Source: Malacoraja senta
Taxonomy: Eukaryota
Length of the DNA: 64,000 nucleotides
Assembly (NCBI GenBank): GCA_038087875.1
Contig: CM075995.1
Span: 5,830,001-5,894,000, forward strand
Direction of reading: 5' to 3'
Part shown: in pieces, positions 50,100 to 64,000 of the stretch
How the letters are laid out: the number at the start of each line of letters is the position of its first letter
Position numbering within the stretch: the stretch's first letter is position 1
Made by a program: the position numbers and the translations under genes
The notes under the pieces: model-generated
What the model was told of the DNA's origin: nothing
Database searches by the model: none
Seen by the model: the letters and a program-made list of their open reading frames with translations, nothing else

Positions 50100-50642
50100 T
50101 CAATGAGTTTTAGTTTGTGGCTCCAACTCATAAAGGAAAATGGCACAAAACTGCTGGTTTAACACTTCGGCCTTGTCTGCTGCCAAAGATACTGTCCGCC
50201 CCATCGATGTGAGGCTTGAGATTCCAAATACTTCCTGGCTCATTTTCTTGATGTAATTCCAGAAAGGCTTTGTGTCTTCTGATTTTAAACTTTCCCCTAT
50301 CACGTCATGGATGTATTCTTGATGCGCTTTCCTGATTTGTCTGTCAATTCTACGCCGACATTTCTTGAAATCTTTCCAATGCGGAAGTTGACCCAGATTT
50401 TCTAGCCCTGTTATAAAGCCTTTGTTTTTTTCCTAATTGCAAGCCTAATTGATGAATTTACCCAGGGTAAATTATATCTGGTGGAACACATTTTTGATGG
50501 AATAACACAGTCCATGGCCTGACAAGAACTTGTTTAAAATCTAACCACAGCGTGTTTATGTCTGTTTCTGCCAGATAATCTGTTAATTTCTCTTTAAATT
50601 CTGTTGTGTTGCGGCTGTCCAAATAACTGAAGCCTTACACCA
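50100..50642 (-). mobile_element. Non-LTR retrotransposon fragment
   Basis: DTKPFWNYIK..KAEVLNQQF linker region between APE and RT. Confidence 0.65.
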
Positions 50643-51335
50643 TGATAAAGGTCCAAAGACTTTATTAACGACATAGCATAGGTAACTTCATGCTAGCACG
50701 TTTTTCTAATAATGCGGGAACCAGGCAGGGAGGGTTACTGTAAAGCTAGTGGGCGTAACTACAAAAGCATGACTCATAACATGAGTGACACTGATCTACA
50801 TCCTCCCTCTTAAAAAAATCAACAACAGTACAAACCCATTAACAAAGTAAGGCATGCATAGCAATTGATAATAAACTGGAGGAGAGTCAAACATAGTCAG
50901 GGTACTTCACAACCGGCTTATTAAAACACGACCAGCACAAGTACGATAGAGACCATCTCCGTTCTTTCTCCCCGGGGACAGAGCAGGTAGCTGCACAGGT
51001 GAAGGAGACTGAACCAGCATTCCTGGAGACGAAGCAGGAGACTGTGGCACAGGCAAAGTCGTCACTGGCAGAGGAGCCGTTGCAGACGCGGGTTGTTGTG
51101 CTGGTAGAGGCGGAAGAGTGCCACTAGACACAGACGGAAGTGCACTAGTACGGTCTGGATAATACGGAGGAGGAACTGGCTCGTTCACAGGCAGGATATG
51201 TTGTCTGTTACGCCTGTAGGTGCCGCCATCATCACTGACAATATACGAGAGTGGCTCAGAAGCAATTCCAGAAATCACACCAATAAGGTCACGGGCTTTC
51301 TCAGTCTGTAAACGGACCACCTGCCCCTTGGTCAA
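50643..51335 (-). mobile_element. Gypsy element 2: 3' LTR (50643-50800), PPT and pol C-terminus
   Basis: TG...TCTACA LTR, AGAGGGAGGA PPT; GQVVRLQT..SYIV..TYRRNRQHIL. Confidence 0.85.
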
Positions 51336-54300
51336 TAGACAATAGAAATAGACAATAGATGCAGGAGTAGGCCATTCGGCCCTTCGAGCCAGAACCACCA
51401 TTCAATGTGATCATGGCTGATCATCCCCAATCAGTACCCCGTTCTTGCCTTCTCCCCATATCCCCTGACTACGCTATCTTTAAGAGCCCTATCTAGCTCT
51501 GTCTTGAAATTATCCAGAGAACCGGCCTCCACCGCCCTCTGAGAATTCCACAGACTCACAACTGTGAGAAAAAGTGTTTCCTCGTCTCCGTTATAAATGG
51601 CTTACCCTTAATCTTAAACTGTGGCCCCTGGTTCTGGACTCCCCCAACATCACCATATAACCATTACAGCACGGAAACAGGCCATCTCGGCCCTTCAAGT
51701 CACTTTTTTTTTCCCCCCTTCCCTTCTTTCTTCTTACTTCCCCCTAGTCCCATCTACCTGCACTCAGACCATATCCCTCCATTCCTTTCCCGTCCATATA
51801 CCCGTCCAATCTATTTTTAAAGGATAAAATCGAACCTGCCTCACCACTTCCACTGGAATCTCATTCCACACAGCTACCATCTCTGAGTAAAGAAGTTCCC
51901 CCTAATGTTCCCCCTAAACTTCTGTCCCTTAATTCTCAAGTCATGTTTGAATTTTCCCTACTCTCAATGGGAAAAGCTTATCCACGTCAACTCTGTTTAA
52001 CCCGCTCATCATTTTAAAGACCTCTATCAAGTCCCCCCTTAACCTTCTGCGCTCCAAAGAATAAAGACCTAACTTGTTCAACCTTTCTCTGTAACTTAGT
52101 TGCTGAAACCCAGGCAACATTCTACTAAATCTCCTCTGTACTCTCTCTATTTTGTTGACCTTCCTATAATTAGGCGACCAAAATTGTACTCCATACTCCA
52201 GAATTGGCCTCACCAATGCCTTGTACAATTTTAACATTACATCCCAACTTCTATATTCAATGCTCTGATTTATAAAGGCCAGCACACCAAAAGCTTTCTT
52301 TACCACCCTATGTACATGAAATTCCACCTTCAGGGAACTATGCACAGTTATTCCTAGATCCCTCTGTTCAACTGCATTCCTCAATTCGCTACCATTTACC
52401 ATGTACGTCCTATTTTGATTTATCCTGCCGAGATGTAGCACCTCACATTTATCAGCATTAAACTCCATCTGCCATCTTTCAGCCCACTCTTTCAAATGGC
52501 CTATATCTCTCTGTAGACTTTGAAAATCTACTTAATTATCCACAACACTACCTATCTTAGTATCATCTGCATACTTACTAATCCAATTTTCCACACCATC
52601 ATCCAGATCATTGATGTACATGACAAACAACAGTGGACCCAACACAGACCCCTGAGGCACCCCACTAGTCACCGGCCTCCAACCTGACAAACAGCCATCC
52701 ACCATTACTCTCTGGCATCTCCCATTCAGCCGCTGTTGAATCCATCTTGCTACTCCACCATTAATACCCAACAATTGAATCTTCTTAACCAACCTTCCAT
52801 GAGGAACCTTGTCAAAGGCCTTACTGAATTCCATATAGACAACATCCACTGCTTTACCCTGATCAATTTCCCTAGTAACCTCTTCGAAAAATTCAAGAAG
52901 ATTAGTCAAACATGACCTTCCAGGCACAAATCCATGTTGACTGTTCCTAATCAGACCCTGCTTATCCAGATGCTTATATATATTATCTCTAAGTATCCTT
53001 TCCATTACTTTGCCCACCACTGACGTCAAACTAACAGGTCTATAATTGCTAGGTTTACTCTTAGAAGCCTTTTTAAACAACGGAACAACATCCGCAGTAC
53101 GCCAATCCTCCGGCACTATTCCCGTTTCTAATGACATTCGAAATATTTCTGTCATAGCCCCTGCTATTTCTACATTAACTTCCCTCAATGTCCTAGGGAA
53201 TATCCTGTCAGGACCTGGAGACTTATCCGTTTTCATATTTTTCACCTCCTCTTCTTTGAATCTCATAGTTTCCATTGCTACTCTGCTTGTTTCCCTTACC
53301 TCACATAATTCCATCGGGTGCGTTTCCTGCCTCTAGCGTGTCCAAACCCTTAACAATCTTATATGTTTCAATAAGATCCCCTCTCAGCCTTCTAAACTCC
53401 AGAGTGTACAAGCCCAGCCGCTCCATTCTCTCAGCATATGACAGTCCCACCATCCCGGGAATTAACCTCGTAAACCTACGCTGCACTCCCTCAATAGCAA
53501 GAATGTCCTTCCTCAAATTAGGGGACCAAAACTGCACAACATACTCCAGGATAGGTCTCACTTGGGCCCCGTACCACTGCAGAAGTGCCTCTATGCTCCT
53601 ATACTCGACTCCACTTGTTATAAAGGCCAACATGCCATTCACTTTCTTCACTGCCTGCAGTACATGCATGCTTACTTTCATAGACTGATGAACAAGGACC
53701 CCCAGATCACGTTGTACTTCCCCTTTTCCCAACTTGACGCCATTTAGATAGTAATCTGCCTTCCTGTTTTTGATACCAAAGTTGTTAACCTCACATTTAT
53801 CCACATTAAACTTCATCTGCCATGCATCTGCCCACTCCCCCAACCTGTCCAAGTCTCCCTGCATTCTCATAGCATCCGCCTCACAGTTCACACTGCCACC
53901 TAGCTTTGTGTCATCTGCAAATTTGCTAATGTTGCTTTGAATCCCTTCATCCAAATCATTGATGTATATTGTAAATAGCTGCGGTCCCAGCAGCGAGCCT
54001 TGCGGTACCCCACTAGTCACTGCCTGCCATTCTGAAAGGGACCCGTTAATCCCTGCTCTTTGTTTCCTGTCTGCCAACCAATTTTCTATCCATGTCAGCA
54101 CTCTACCACCAATACCATGTGCCCTAATTTTGCCCACTAATCTCCTATGTGGGACCTTATCAAATGCTTTCTGAAAGTCCAGGTACACTACATCCACTGA
54201 CTCTCCCTTGTCCATTTTCCTAGTTACATCCTCAAGAAATTCCAGACGATTAGTCAAGCATGATTTCCCCTTCGTAAATCCATGCTGACTCGGACCGATC

Positions 54301-56023
54301 CTGTTACTGCTATCCAAATGTGCGGCTATTTCATTTTTTATAATTGACTCCAGCATCTTCCCCACCACCGATGTCAGGCTAACTGGTCTATAATTCCCTG
54401 TTTTCTCTTTCCCGCCTTTCTTAAAAAGTGGGATAACATTATCTACCTTCCAATCCACAGGAACTGATCCTGAGTCTATAGAACATTGGAAAATTATCAC
54501 CAATGCATCCATGATTTCTAGAGCCACTTCCTTAAGTACCCTGCGATACAGACCATCAGGCCCTGGGGATTTGTCGGCCTTCCTTCCCATCAGTCTACCC
54601 AACACCATTTCATGCCTAATGTGGATTTCCTTCAGTTCCTCTGTTACCCCAGATCCTCTGGCCACTACTATATCAGGAAGATTGTTTGTGTCCTCCTTAG
54701 TGAAGACGGATCCAAAGTACCTGTTCAACTCATCTGCCATTTCCTTGTTCCCCATAATAAATTCACCTTTTTCGGTCTTCAAGGGTCCAACTTTAGTCTT
54801 ATCTAATTTTTTCCTCTTCACATACCGAAAGAAGCTTTTACATTCTCCTTTATATTCTTGGCTAGCTTTTCTCCCCGTATTGTCTTTTTAGTTATCTTCT
54901 GTTGCTCATTAAACATTACCCAATCCTCTTGCTTCCCGCTCATCTTTGCTACATTGTACTTCTCTTTTATTTTTATACTGTCCCTGCCGTCCCTTGTCAG
55001 CCACGGTCGCCCCTTACTCCCCTTGTCCCGCCCCCCGGCAACGTCATGTCCGTTATTGGACTTTTCTGTTGAGCGGCAGTCGGTCCTCTGGCTTGTAGGC
55101 GACGCCGCCTTTCGGGTAGGTGGCGTTTCGACAGAGCGGCCATTCGGTAAGTTTGCTTTTAGGCGACGCAACTTTACGGTTCATTGGCTTTTAGGCGTCC
55201 CGCCCTTTCGGTTAGTTTGCATACAGGAGTCCCATCCTTTAGGTTAGTAGGCGTTTCGTCTTCGGACTCTTTCGGTTTATTGGCGTTTCGGCCACATTTC
55301 CATTCCGTTCTTTGGCTTCGACTTCTTTGCTTCGGCTTCTTGTCTGTCGGCGCCACGTCCGGGTACCGCTAGGGTATCTTTCCAGTCAACTTTGGCCAGC
55401 TCCTCACTCATGGCCCCATAGTCCCCTTTATTTAACTGTAACACTGACACCTGCAATTTACCCTTCACCCTCTCCAATTGTAGGTTAAACCTGACTGTAT
55501 TATGGTCACTACCTCCTAATGGCTCATTAACCTCAAGTTCCTTTATCAAATCTGGTTCATTACATAACACTAAATCCAGAATTGCCTTCTCCCTGGTAGC
55601 CTCCAATACAAGCCATCACGAAAGCACTCACAAAGTCTCGTTCTTGGGGTCCAGTACCAACGTGATTTTCCCAGTCTACCTGCGTGTTGAAATCTCCCAT
55701 AACAACCACAGCATTACCTTTGCTACATGCCAATTTTAACTCCTGATTCAACTTGCACCCTATGTCCAGGCTACTGTTAGGGGGCCAGTAGATAAGTCCC
55801 ATTAGGGTCTTTTTACCCTTACAATTCCTTAGTTCTATCCATACTGACTGCACATCTCCTGTTTCAATGTCACCCCTTGCAAGGGACTGAATTTAATTCC
55901 TCACCAACAGAGCTACCCCACCCCCTCTGCCCACCTGTCTGTCTTTTCGATAGGAGGTATACCCTTGGATATTCAGTTCCCAACCCTGGCCCTCTTGCAG
56001 CCATGTCTCTGTAATTCCCATAA
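51336..56023 (-). mobile_element. CR1 LINE A, 5'-truncated within APE; interrupted at 51652-53311 and 55026-55367
   Basis: (CAATAGA)n tail, 506-aa RT ORF 53301-54821, APE pieces. Confidence 0.92.
51652..53311 (-). mobile_element. CR1 LINE B nested in CR1 A
   Basis: ACCATATA-type tail as at 1-380; [12 protein letters not shown]1 A resumes on the other side. Confidence 0.9.
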
Positions 56024-57605
56024 CCTAGAAACATAGAAAATAGGTGCAGGAGGAGGCCATTCGGCCCTTCGAGCCAGCACCGCCATTCATTATGATCATG
56101 GCTGATCGTCCCCTATCAATAACCCGTGCCTGCCTTCTCCCCATATCCCTTGACTCCACTAGCCCCTAGAGCTCTATCTAACTCTCTCTTAAATCCATCC
56201 AGTGATTTGGCCTCCACTGCCCTCTGTGGCAGGGAATTCCATAAATTCACAACTCTCTGGGTGAAAAAGTTTTTTCTCACCTCAGTCTTAAATGATCTCC
56301 CTTTTATTCTAAGACTGTGGCCCCTGGTTCTGGACTCGCCCAACATTGGGAACATTTTTCCTGCATCTAGCTTGTCCAGTCCTTTTATAATTTTATATGT
56401 TTCTATAAGATCCCCCTCATCCTTCTAAACTCCAATCTTTCCTCATATGACAGTCCCGCCATCCCAGGGATCAATCTCGTGAACCTATGCTGCACTGCCT
56501 CAATCACAAGGATGTCCTTCCTCAAATAAAAGACCAAAACTGTACACAATACTCCAGATGTGGTCTCACCAGAGCCCTATACAACTGCAGAAGAACCTCT
56601 TCACTCCTATACTGAAATCCTCTTGTTATGAAGGCCAACATTCCATTAGCTTTCTTCACTGCCTGCTGTACCTGTAAGCCAACTGTCAGTGACCGGTGTA
56701 CAAGGACGCCCAGGTCTCGCTGCACCTCCACCTTACCTAACCTAACCCCATTGAGATAATAATCTGCCCCCTTGTTTTTGCCGCCAAAGTGGATAACCTC
56801 ACATTTATCTACATTATACTGCATCTGCCACGCATCTGCCCACTCACTCAACCTATCCAGGTCACACTGCAACCTCCTAACATCCTCTTCACAGTTCACA
56901 CTGCCACCCAGCTTTGTGTCATCCACAAACTTGCTAGTGTTGCTCCTAATTCCCTCTTCCAAATCATTAATATATATGGTAAACAGTTGCCCCCCCAACA
57001 CCGAGCCTTTTGGCACTCCACTCGCCACTGCCTGCCATTCTGAAAAGGACCCGTTCACTCCTACTCTTTGCTTCCGGTCTGCCAACCAATTTTCTATCCA
57101 TGTCAACACCCTACCCTCAATACTATGTGCTCTGATTTTAGTCACCAGCACTCCCGTGCGGGACCTTATCAAAGGCTTTCTGAAAGTCTAGATACACTAC
57201 ATCCACTGGCACCCATTCATCCATTTTACTTGTCACATCCTCAAAAAATTCCAGTTGATTAGTCAAGCATGATTTCCCTTTCATAAATCCATGTTGACGG
57301 ACTAATCCTTTTACTGCTATCCAAATGCCCCATTATTACCTCTTTAATAATTGACTGCAGCACCTTTCCCACCACCAAAGTCAGGCTAACTGTTCTGTAA
57401 TTCCCCGTTTTCTCTATCGCTCCTTTCTTGAAAAGTGGGATAACATTAGCTATCCTCCAATCCACAGGAACTGATCCTGAATCTATTGAACATTGGAAAA
57501 TGATCACCAATGCGTCCACTATTTCTAGAGCCACCTCCCTGAGGACCCTGGGATGCAGACTATCAGGCCCAGGGGATTTATCATCCTTCAGTACCATTAG
57601 CCTAC

Positions 57606-58187
57606 TGTTAGGCGCTTCCCCCCCTGGTGAATGCTATGTACTTACCTTTCTCTGTTTCTTTCCCGAGTGCAGGCCTTGTGGCTGTGAGTCTGGAATCAAA
57701 GGGTTAAAAGGCTCCTGTACCCGATTGGCCAAGCTGCGTCAGGTGACGGTGACTCATCTGAAGCTTAAATACCAGAGTCGCCCAGGATTCTCTCTCTTCT
57801 TCGTCGACCGTGACTTGTGAGCTGACTGCTGGAGTGAGCTGCGGAAGGCCTGGCCACCTGGCATAGAACTTCGTGTACTTTCACCATTACTTATTAACAA
57901 ATATTGAATTGGGACGGATAAGGGCTGACCTTAGTGTTTTTGTGTATTTTGTTTCAGGGTTATATCTCTTTAGGCAGGTTTTAGAGTCTCCGGTTCGACG
58001 GTCCATCACGTGGCTGGCTGGAGCACTGTTAAATTGTTTGTCAGACCATCCATATCCCTGACTAGGTTGTTTGAATCAGGTTTGGGTTTTGTGTTCCATT
58101 GAATAATTAAAACAATTTTTGAACTTGAACCTGGTTTTTGAATTATGTTACGCGGCTCTGAAGTACCTGCATTCGGGAGTCGTAATA
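57606..58187 (+). mobile_element. Solo LTR inserted in CR1 C
   Basis: TGTTA...TAATA termini, CCTAC 5-bp TSD; removing it restores the CR1 sequence. Confidence 0.8.
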
Positions 58188-58937
58188 CCTACCCAATACT
58201 ATTTCTCGCCTAATGAAAATTTCTTTCAGTTCCTCTTCCCCCTTAGATCCTCTGTTCTCCAGTGCATCTGGGAGATTGTTTGTGTCTTCCTTAGTGAAGA
58301 CAGATCCAAAGTACCTATTCAACTCTTCTGCCATTTCCTTGTTGCCCATAATAATTTCACCCGTGTCTGCCTTCAAGGGACCCACTTTTGACTTTGCTAC
58401 TCTTTTTCCCTTAACTTATCTAAAGAAGCTTTTACTGTCCTTCTTTATATTCCTGGCCAGCTTCCCTTCGTACTTCATCTTTTCAGCCCATATCGTCCGT
58501 TTTGTTTCCTTCTGTTGTCCTATGAAAGTTTCCCAATCCTCTGGCTTCCGTCTACTCTTTGCTGTGTTATGCATCTTTTCTTTTCATTTTATTCTATCCC
58601 TAACTTCTTTTGTCAGCCACGGTTGCCTCCCTCTCCCCTTAGAATCTTTCTTCCTTTTTGGAATGAAATGATCCTGCATCTTCCAGATTATTCCCAGAAA
58701 TTCCTGCCATTGCTGTTCCACCATCATTCCTGCTAGGATCGCTTTCCAGTCTACTTTGGCCAGCTCCCCTCTCATGCCATCATAGTCCCCTTTGTTCAAC
58801 TGCATCACTGCCACTCCCGATTTAACGTTCTCCTTCTCAAATTACAGATTAAAACTAATCATATTATGATCACTACCTCCAAGCGGTTCCTTTACCTCGA
58901 GTTCTCTTATCATTTCTGGTTCATTGGACAACACTAA

Positions 58938-61423
58938 ATCCAGAATTGCCTTTTCTCTGGTCGGCTCCATTACAAGCTGCTCTAAGAATCCATCTCGGAG
59001 GCATTCTACAAACTCTCTTTCTTGGGGTCCTGAACCAACCTGATTTTCCCAGTCTACCTGCGTATTGAAATCCCCCATCACCACAGTGGCATTACCTTTG
59101 TTACATGCCAGTTTTAACTCCTGCTGCAACTTACACCCTACATCCCGGCTACTATTTGGGGGTCTGTAAATAACACCAATTAGTGTCTTCTTGCCTTTAC
59201 AATTCCTCAACTCAATCCACAGTGACTCTACCTCGTCAGTCCCTATGTCTTCCCTCACAAGGGACTGAATTCCATCCCTCACCAGCAGAGCTACCCCCCC
59301 TCCTCTGCCCACCTGCCTGTCCTTTCTATAGGATGTATAACCCTGAATATTAAGTTCCCAGGCCCGATCCTCCTGCAGCCACGTCTCAGTAATCGCCACA
59401 ATGTCATATCTACCAAACTCTAACTGAGCCTCAAGCTCATCCACTTTATTTCTTATACTTCGCGCATTCATATACAACACTTTGACCTCCGTATTCAGGT
59501 CCCCCCTCACACCGTTCGCAATTGGCCCTGACCTTACTCTTTTATCCCTTCTCTAACTTTCCTTCCCATTAATTCGAGAATCGTTTGTAGTTTTTCCTGT
59601 ACGCACTTCCCCTTCAACTCCATCTTTATACTCCCAATTTGTCAATCCCTCCCCCCTACTATTTAGTTTAAACCCACACGTGTAGCCCTAGCAAACCTGC
59701 CTGCCAGAATGTTGGTCTGCCTCTAGATAAGGTGTAACTTTTGTGCAGGTCACCCCTACCCCAGAAGAAATCCCAGTGGTCTATAAATCGAAATCCTTGC
59801 TCCCTGCACCAGCCCCTCAGCCACACATTCAGATCCCCTGTTCCTGTCCTCACTAGCACGAGGTACTGGAAGCAATCCAGAGATAACCACCCTAGAAGTC
59901 CTGCTTTTCAGTCTTCTTCCTAACTCTCTGAACTCACGTTGGAGAACCTCCTTCCTCTTCTGCCCGATGTCGTTTGTGCCTACGTGCACAACTACTGCCG
60001 GCTGTTCACCTCTCTCGAGGATGTTCTGAATTCGGCTTGTGACATCCTGAACCCTGGCACCAGGGAGGCAACAGACCATCCTCGCATCTCGTCTGCCGCC
60101 ACAGAATCTCCTGTCTGCTCCTCGGACAATGGAGTCACCCACCACTATGGCTCTGCCCGACGCTGGTTGAGTCCCATCTCATCCAGAATTGCCTTTTCTC
60201 TGGTCGGCTCCATTACAAGCTGCTCTAAGAATCCATCTCGGAGGCATTCTACAAACTCTCTTTCTTGGGGTCCTGAACCAACCTGATTTTCCCAGTCTAC
60301 CTGCGTATTGAAATCCCCCATCACCACAGTGGCATTACCTTTGTTACATGCCAGTTTTAACTCCTGCTGCAACTTACACCCTACATCCCGGCTACTATTT
60401 GGGGGTCTGTAAATAACACCAATTAGTGTCTTCTTGCCTTTACAATTCCTCAACTCAATCCACAGTGACTCTACCTCGTCAGTCCCTATGTCTTCCCTCA
60501 CAAGGGACTGAATTCCATCCCTCACCAGCAGAGCTACCCCCCCTCCTCTGCCCACCTGCCTGTCCTTTCTATAGGATGTATAACCCTGAATATTAAGTTC
60601 CCAGGCCCGATCCTCCTGCAGCCACGTCTCAGTAATCGCCACAATGTCATATCTACCAAACTCTAACTGAGCCTCAAGCTCATCCACTTTATTTCTTATA
60701 CTTCGCGCATTCATATACAACACTTTGACCTCCGTATTCAGGTCCCCCCTCACACCGTTCGCAATTGGCCCTGACCTTACTCTTTTATCCCTTCTCTAAC
60801 TTTCCTTCCCATTAATTCGAGAATCTTTTGTAGTTTTTCCTGTACGCACTTCCCCTTCAACTCCATCTTTATACTCCCAATTTGTCAATCCCTCCCCCCT
60901 ACTATTTAGTTTAAACCCACACGTGTAGCCCTAGCAAACCTGCCTGCCAGAATGTTGGTCTGCCTCTAGATAAGGTGTAACTTTTGTGCAGGTCACCCCT
61001 ACCCCAGAAGAAATCCCAGTGGTCTATAAATCGAAATCCTTGCTCCCTGCACCAGCCCCTCAGCCACACATTCAGATCCCCTGTTCCTGTCCTCACTAGC
61101 ACGAGGTACTGGAAGCAATCCAGAGATAACCACCCTAGAAGTCCTGCTTTTCAGTCTTCTTCCTAACTCTCTGAACTCACGTTGGAGAACCTCCTTCCTC
61201 TTCTGCCCGATGTCGTTTGTGCCTACGTGCACAACTACTGCCGGCTGTTCACCTCTCTCGAGGATGTTCTGAATTCGGCTTGTGACATCCTGAACCCTGG
61301 CACCAGGGAGGCAACAGACCATCCTCGCATCTCGTCTGCCGCCACAGAATCTCCTGTCTGCTCCTCGGACAATGGAGTCACCCACCACTATGGCTCTGCC
61401 CGACGCTGGTTGAGTCCCATCTC
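58938..61423. repeat. Tandem duplication, 2 x 1243 bp, within CR1 C
   Basis: 58938-60180 repeated at 60181-61423; only one substitution noticed. Confidence 0.95.
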
Positions 61424-61636
61424 TAGGATTGGAGCCACCGACGTGTCCGCCACTCGGACTGGAAGCATCGTCTCCCCCGACAGTTCCCAAGAGGGCGTAC
61501 CTGTTTTCATTAGGCACAGCCACCTGGGTCTCCTGCACTCCATGGTTACCACCCTTTCTCTCAGTCACACACCTTCGTTCTTCCCGTATCCTCGGTGTGA
61601 CAACCTCACTGTAGGTCCTGTCAAGGAAACTCGTTT

Positions 61637-64000
61637 TCGTGGCAGTGGCCTACTTATTTTGTCAAACCATTGTTTTTCGATGTCACGCTTCTGTTGTAAC
61701 CTGGATTGAACCTCCTCAGGTGGAATCACCTGTGGGATCAATGCCTGATCCGCCACAGGCACTGTAGCACGGGTCTGCCTCGACAATAAACGTTGAGCGG
61801 GTGAACCCAAAATGGGGTCACGGGAGATGTTGCGTAAGTTGAACAGATCCAGGAATACATCGGATTTAGCTCTATGTGAACGTTCCATGAGCTGTTTGGC
61901 ACTTTTGACAGCTCGTTCAGCCAGCCCATTAGACTGTGGATATTCAGGGCTGCTGGTAATGTGGCGAAAATTCCAGCGTCTAGTAAACTCCCTGAAGTGT
62001 TGGCTGGTGAATTGACTGCCGTTGTCAGTTAGCAGTCTGCCCTGAGATCCGTGGACTGAAAAATGGCGAGATAACCGAAATCACTCCGCTGGAAGTGGGG
62101 CTGCTAAGAAAATCAATGTCAAACCATCCTGAATACGAATCGATGAGTACCAGGTACTGCTTGCCATGCCAAACAAATATGTCATCTGCCACTGTAGACC
62201 ACGGGAGTGCAGGTACCAGATGTGAAAGTAATGGTTGCTTTTGTTGATGAGGTATCAAGCTGTTGCACACTGCACAGGATGCCACATTCTCGGTGATGTA
62301 GTCGACCATGCCAGGCCAGTAAAACACGCTTTTTGCCCGTAGGACAGTAGCATCAGCGCCTGTGTGCATGGACAGTGTTAAAATACTGGTTGTGCAGCCA
62401 GTGTTAAAATACTGGTTGAAACACCGCAGCCTTGTGTTCTTTTAAAACAATGCCATCCTGCAGCACTAGCTCATCACGGACGGCAAAGAAAGGCCGGACT
62501 GGCAGCGGAACGTTGTAGTGTTTGTCTGGCCAGCCGCAATGACAGAGGTAAGCGATCGTAGGGTACTGTCCGCAGCAGTGGGCCACCAAATCCACCATAC
62601 AGGACAAGGGGATAAAAGACACGGCCATTACGATAAAGTCGTCATTATCCAGCGAGGGCAGATTCTCGCAGGTCTTCCGGGGTGCGTACGAGAGAGTGTC
62701 AGCCAGATGCATATACTTACCACGTTTGTGGATCAAAACAATGTCATATTTTTGGAATTGCAACAACATCCGCTGTAGGCGCGCTGGAGAGGCATGGATC
62801 GGTTTGTTGAAAATGCTGATCAGAGGTTGGTAGTCAGTTTCAATCATGACCATGTGACCAAAGATGAAATCGTTGAATTTCTTGCAGGTGAAAACAATTG
62901 CCAACAGGTCTTTCTCAATTTGGGCATATCGTTGTTCTGTGTCAGTCATGGTGCGCGAGGCATAGGCTTATTGCCGTTGCCATCATTTTGAAGACATGCT
63001 GCGCCTAGTCCGTGTTGTGAGGCATCACAAGTCAGTGTAACCGGTAGTTTAGGATCAAAGTAAGCCAGAGTAGGAGCACTAGACATCTGCTGCTTAAGAA
63101 TGTCGAACGCTTTCTGTTGTTGCTCGTGCCAAGTCCAAGCAGTGTCTTGGCGCAATGGGGCTGATATTTTGCTGAAACACAGAATGAATTTGCTCAAATA
63201 GTTAACCATGCCAAGGAATCTCTGCAAACTTAGCACGTCTGTGGGTGCTGGGAGCTCATTGATAGCACTAGTTTTCGCTGGATCCGTTTTTAGGCCGTCT
63301 TTGGTAAATATATGGCCTATGTATCTCACCTCATTCACTCTGAATTTGCATTTTTGAGGGTTCAGCTTGAGATGGATGGCCTTGGCACGATCCAAGACCT
63401 TTGTCAGATTGGCATCGTGTTCTTGGACCGTTCTTCCAGCAATGAGGATATCATTCACTATGATGGAGCATGGGTAGCCTGCAAACAATTGCTCCATAGC
63501 TTGTTGAAATACTTCACTAGCAGAACTTATTCCAAAGGGCATGCGAAGAAATTTATAACGACCGAACGGAGTGCTGAAAGTGGTCAACTTGGAGGAGTTA
63601 TGTTCCAGCGAAATCTGCCAGAATGAACTCTTGGCAACTAGCACCATGAATACAGTTGCCTCAGCCATCTGTGCAGCAATCTCGTCCACAGTGCGCATGG
63701 GATAGCGGGGTCGTTTAATTGCTGTGTTTAAGTCCTTGGGGTTGATACAAATCCGCATCTCGTCTTTGTTCTTCTTGGTAGCCACGACCATGGTGGAGAG
63801 CCAGTCCGAGGGGTCAATTACAGGAGTAATCACACTTAAAGACACCATTCTGTTAAGTTCACTTTGAACACGGTCCCGCATAGCGTGGGGAATTTTATGA
63901 GCCGGACGAACAACTGGAATTGCCTCAGGGTCAATGGTAATCGTGTACCTGACAGGCAACCTGCCCAGCTTACCGTCAAACAAAACCTTGTATTGTGTTA
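61637..64000 (-). mobile_element. Gypsy element 2: RT/RNase H/integrase, continues beyond the window
   Basis: RT, RNase H and integrase ORF pieces; DKISRPLPR joins LTKGQVV at 51335 once the CR1 stack is removed. Confidence 0.92.

Larger units (their letters stand above)
56026..61636 (-). mobile_element. CR1 LINE C, near full-length (ORF1 esterase-like domain plus ORF2 APE/RT)
   Basis: ORF1 VGDSIVR..PGARVQD..HVGTND (SGNH-like); ORF2 YMNARSI, ITETW, GDFN, SDH and RT. Confidence 0.93.

Overview
Vertebrate genomic DNA, most likely a cartilaginous fish (skate/ray type), inferred from its CR1, Rex1/Babar, V-SINE and Penelope-derived repeats. Two host genes sit head-to-head on a CpG island, with start codons 229 bp apart and a perfect NRF1 site between them. 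RP9 is on the minus strand: three exons are found, two internal exons are missing and probably lie in the 200-N gap at 10950-11149, and the last exon is probably left of the window. A complete 4-exon gamma-glutamylcyclotransferase (GGCT)-like gene is on the plus strand (24165-43558, 218 aa). This GGCT keeps the catalytic QEG glutamate but has a hydrophobic N-terminal extension and four N-glycosylation sequons, suggesting a secreted/luminal form of a normally cytosolic enzyme. The rest is mostly transposon-derived: a ~12 kb cluster of non-autonomous Helitron-like elements with interchangeable internal minisatellites in RP9 introns, a dead piggyBac, a full-length Gypsy with both LTRs and TSD, solo LTRs, hAT-type elements, Penelope fragments with hammerhead-like motifs, and a nested LINE>Gypsy>CR1 stack at the right end. 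Family assignments come from motif recognition by eye; no searches were run.
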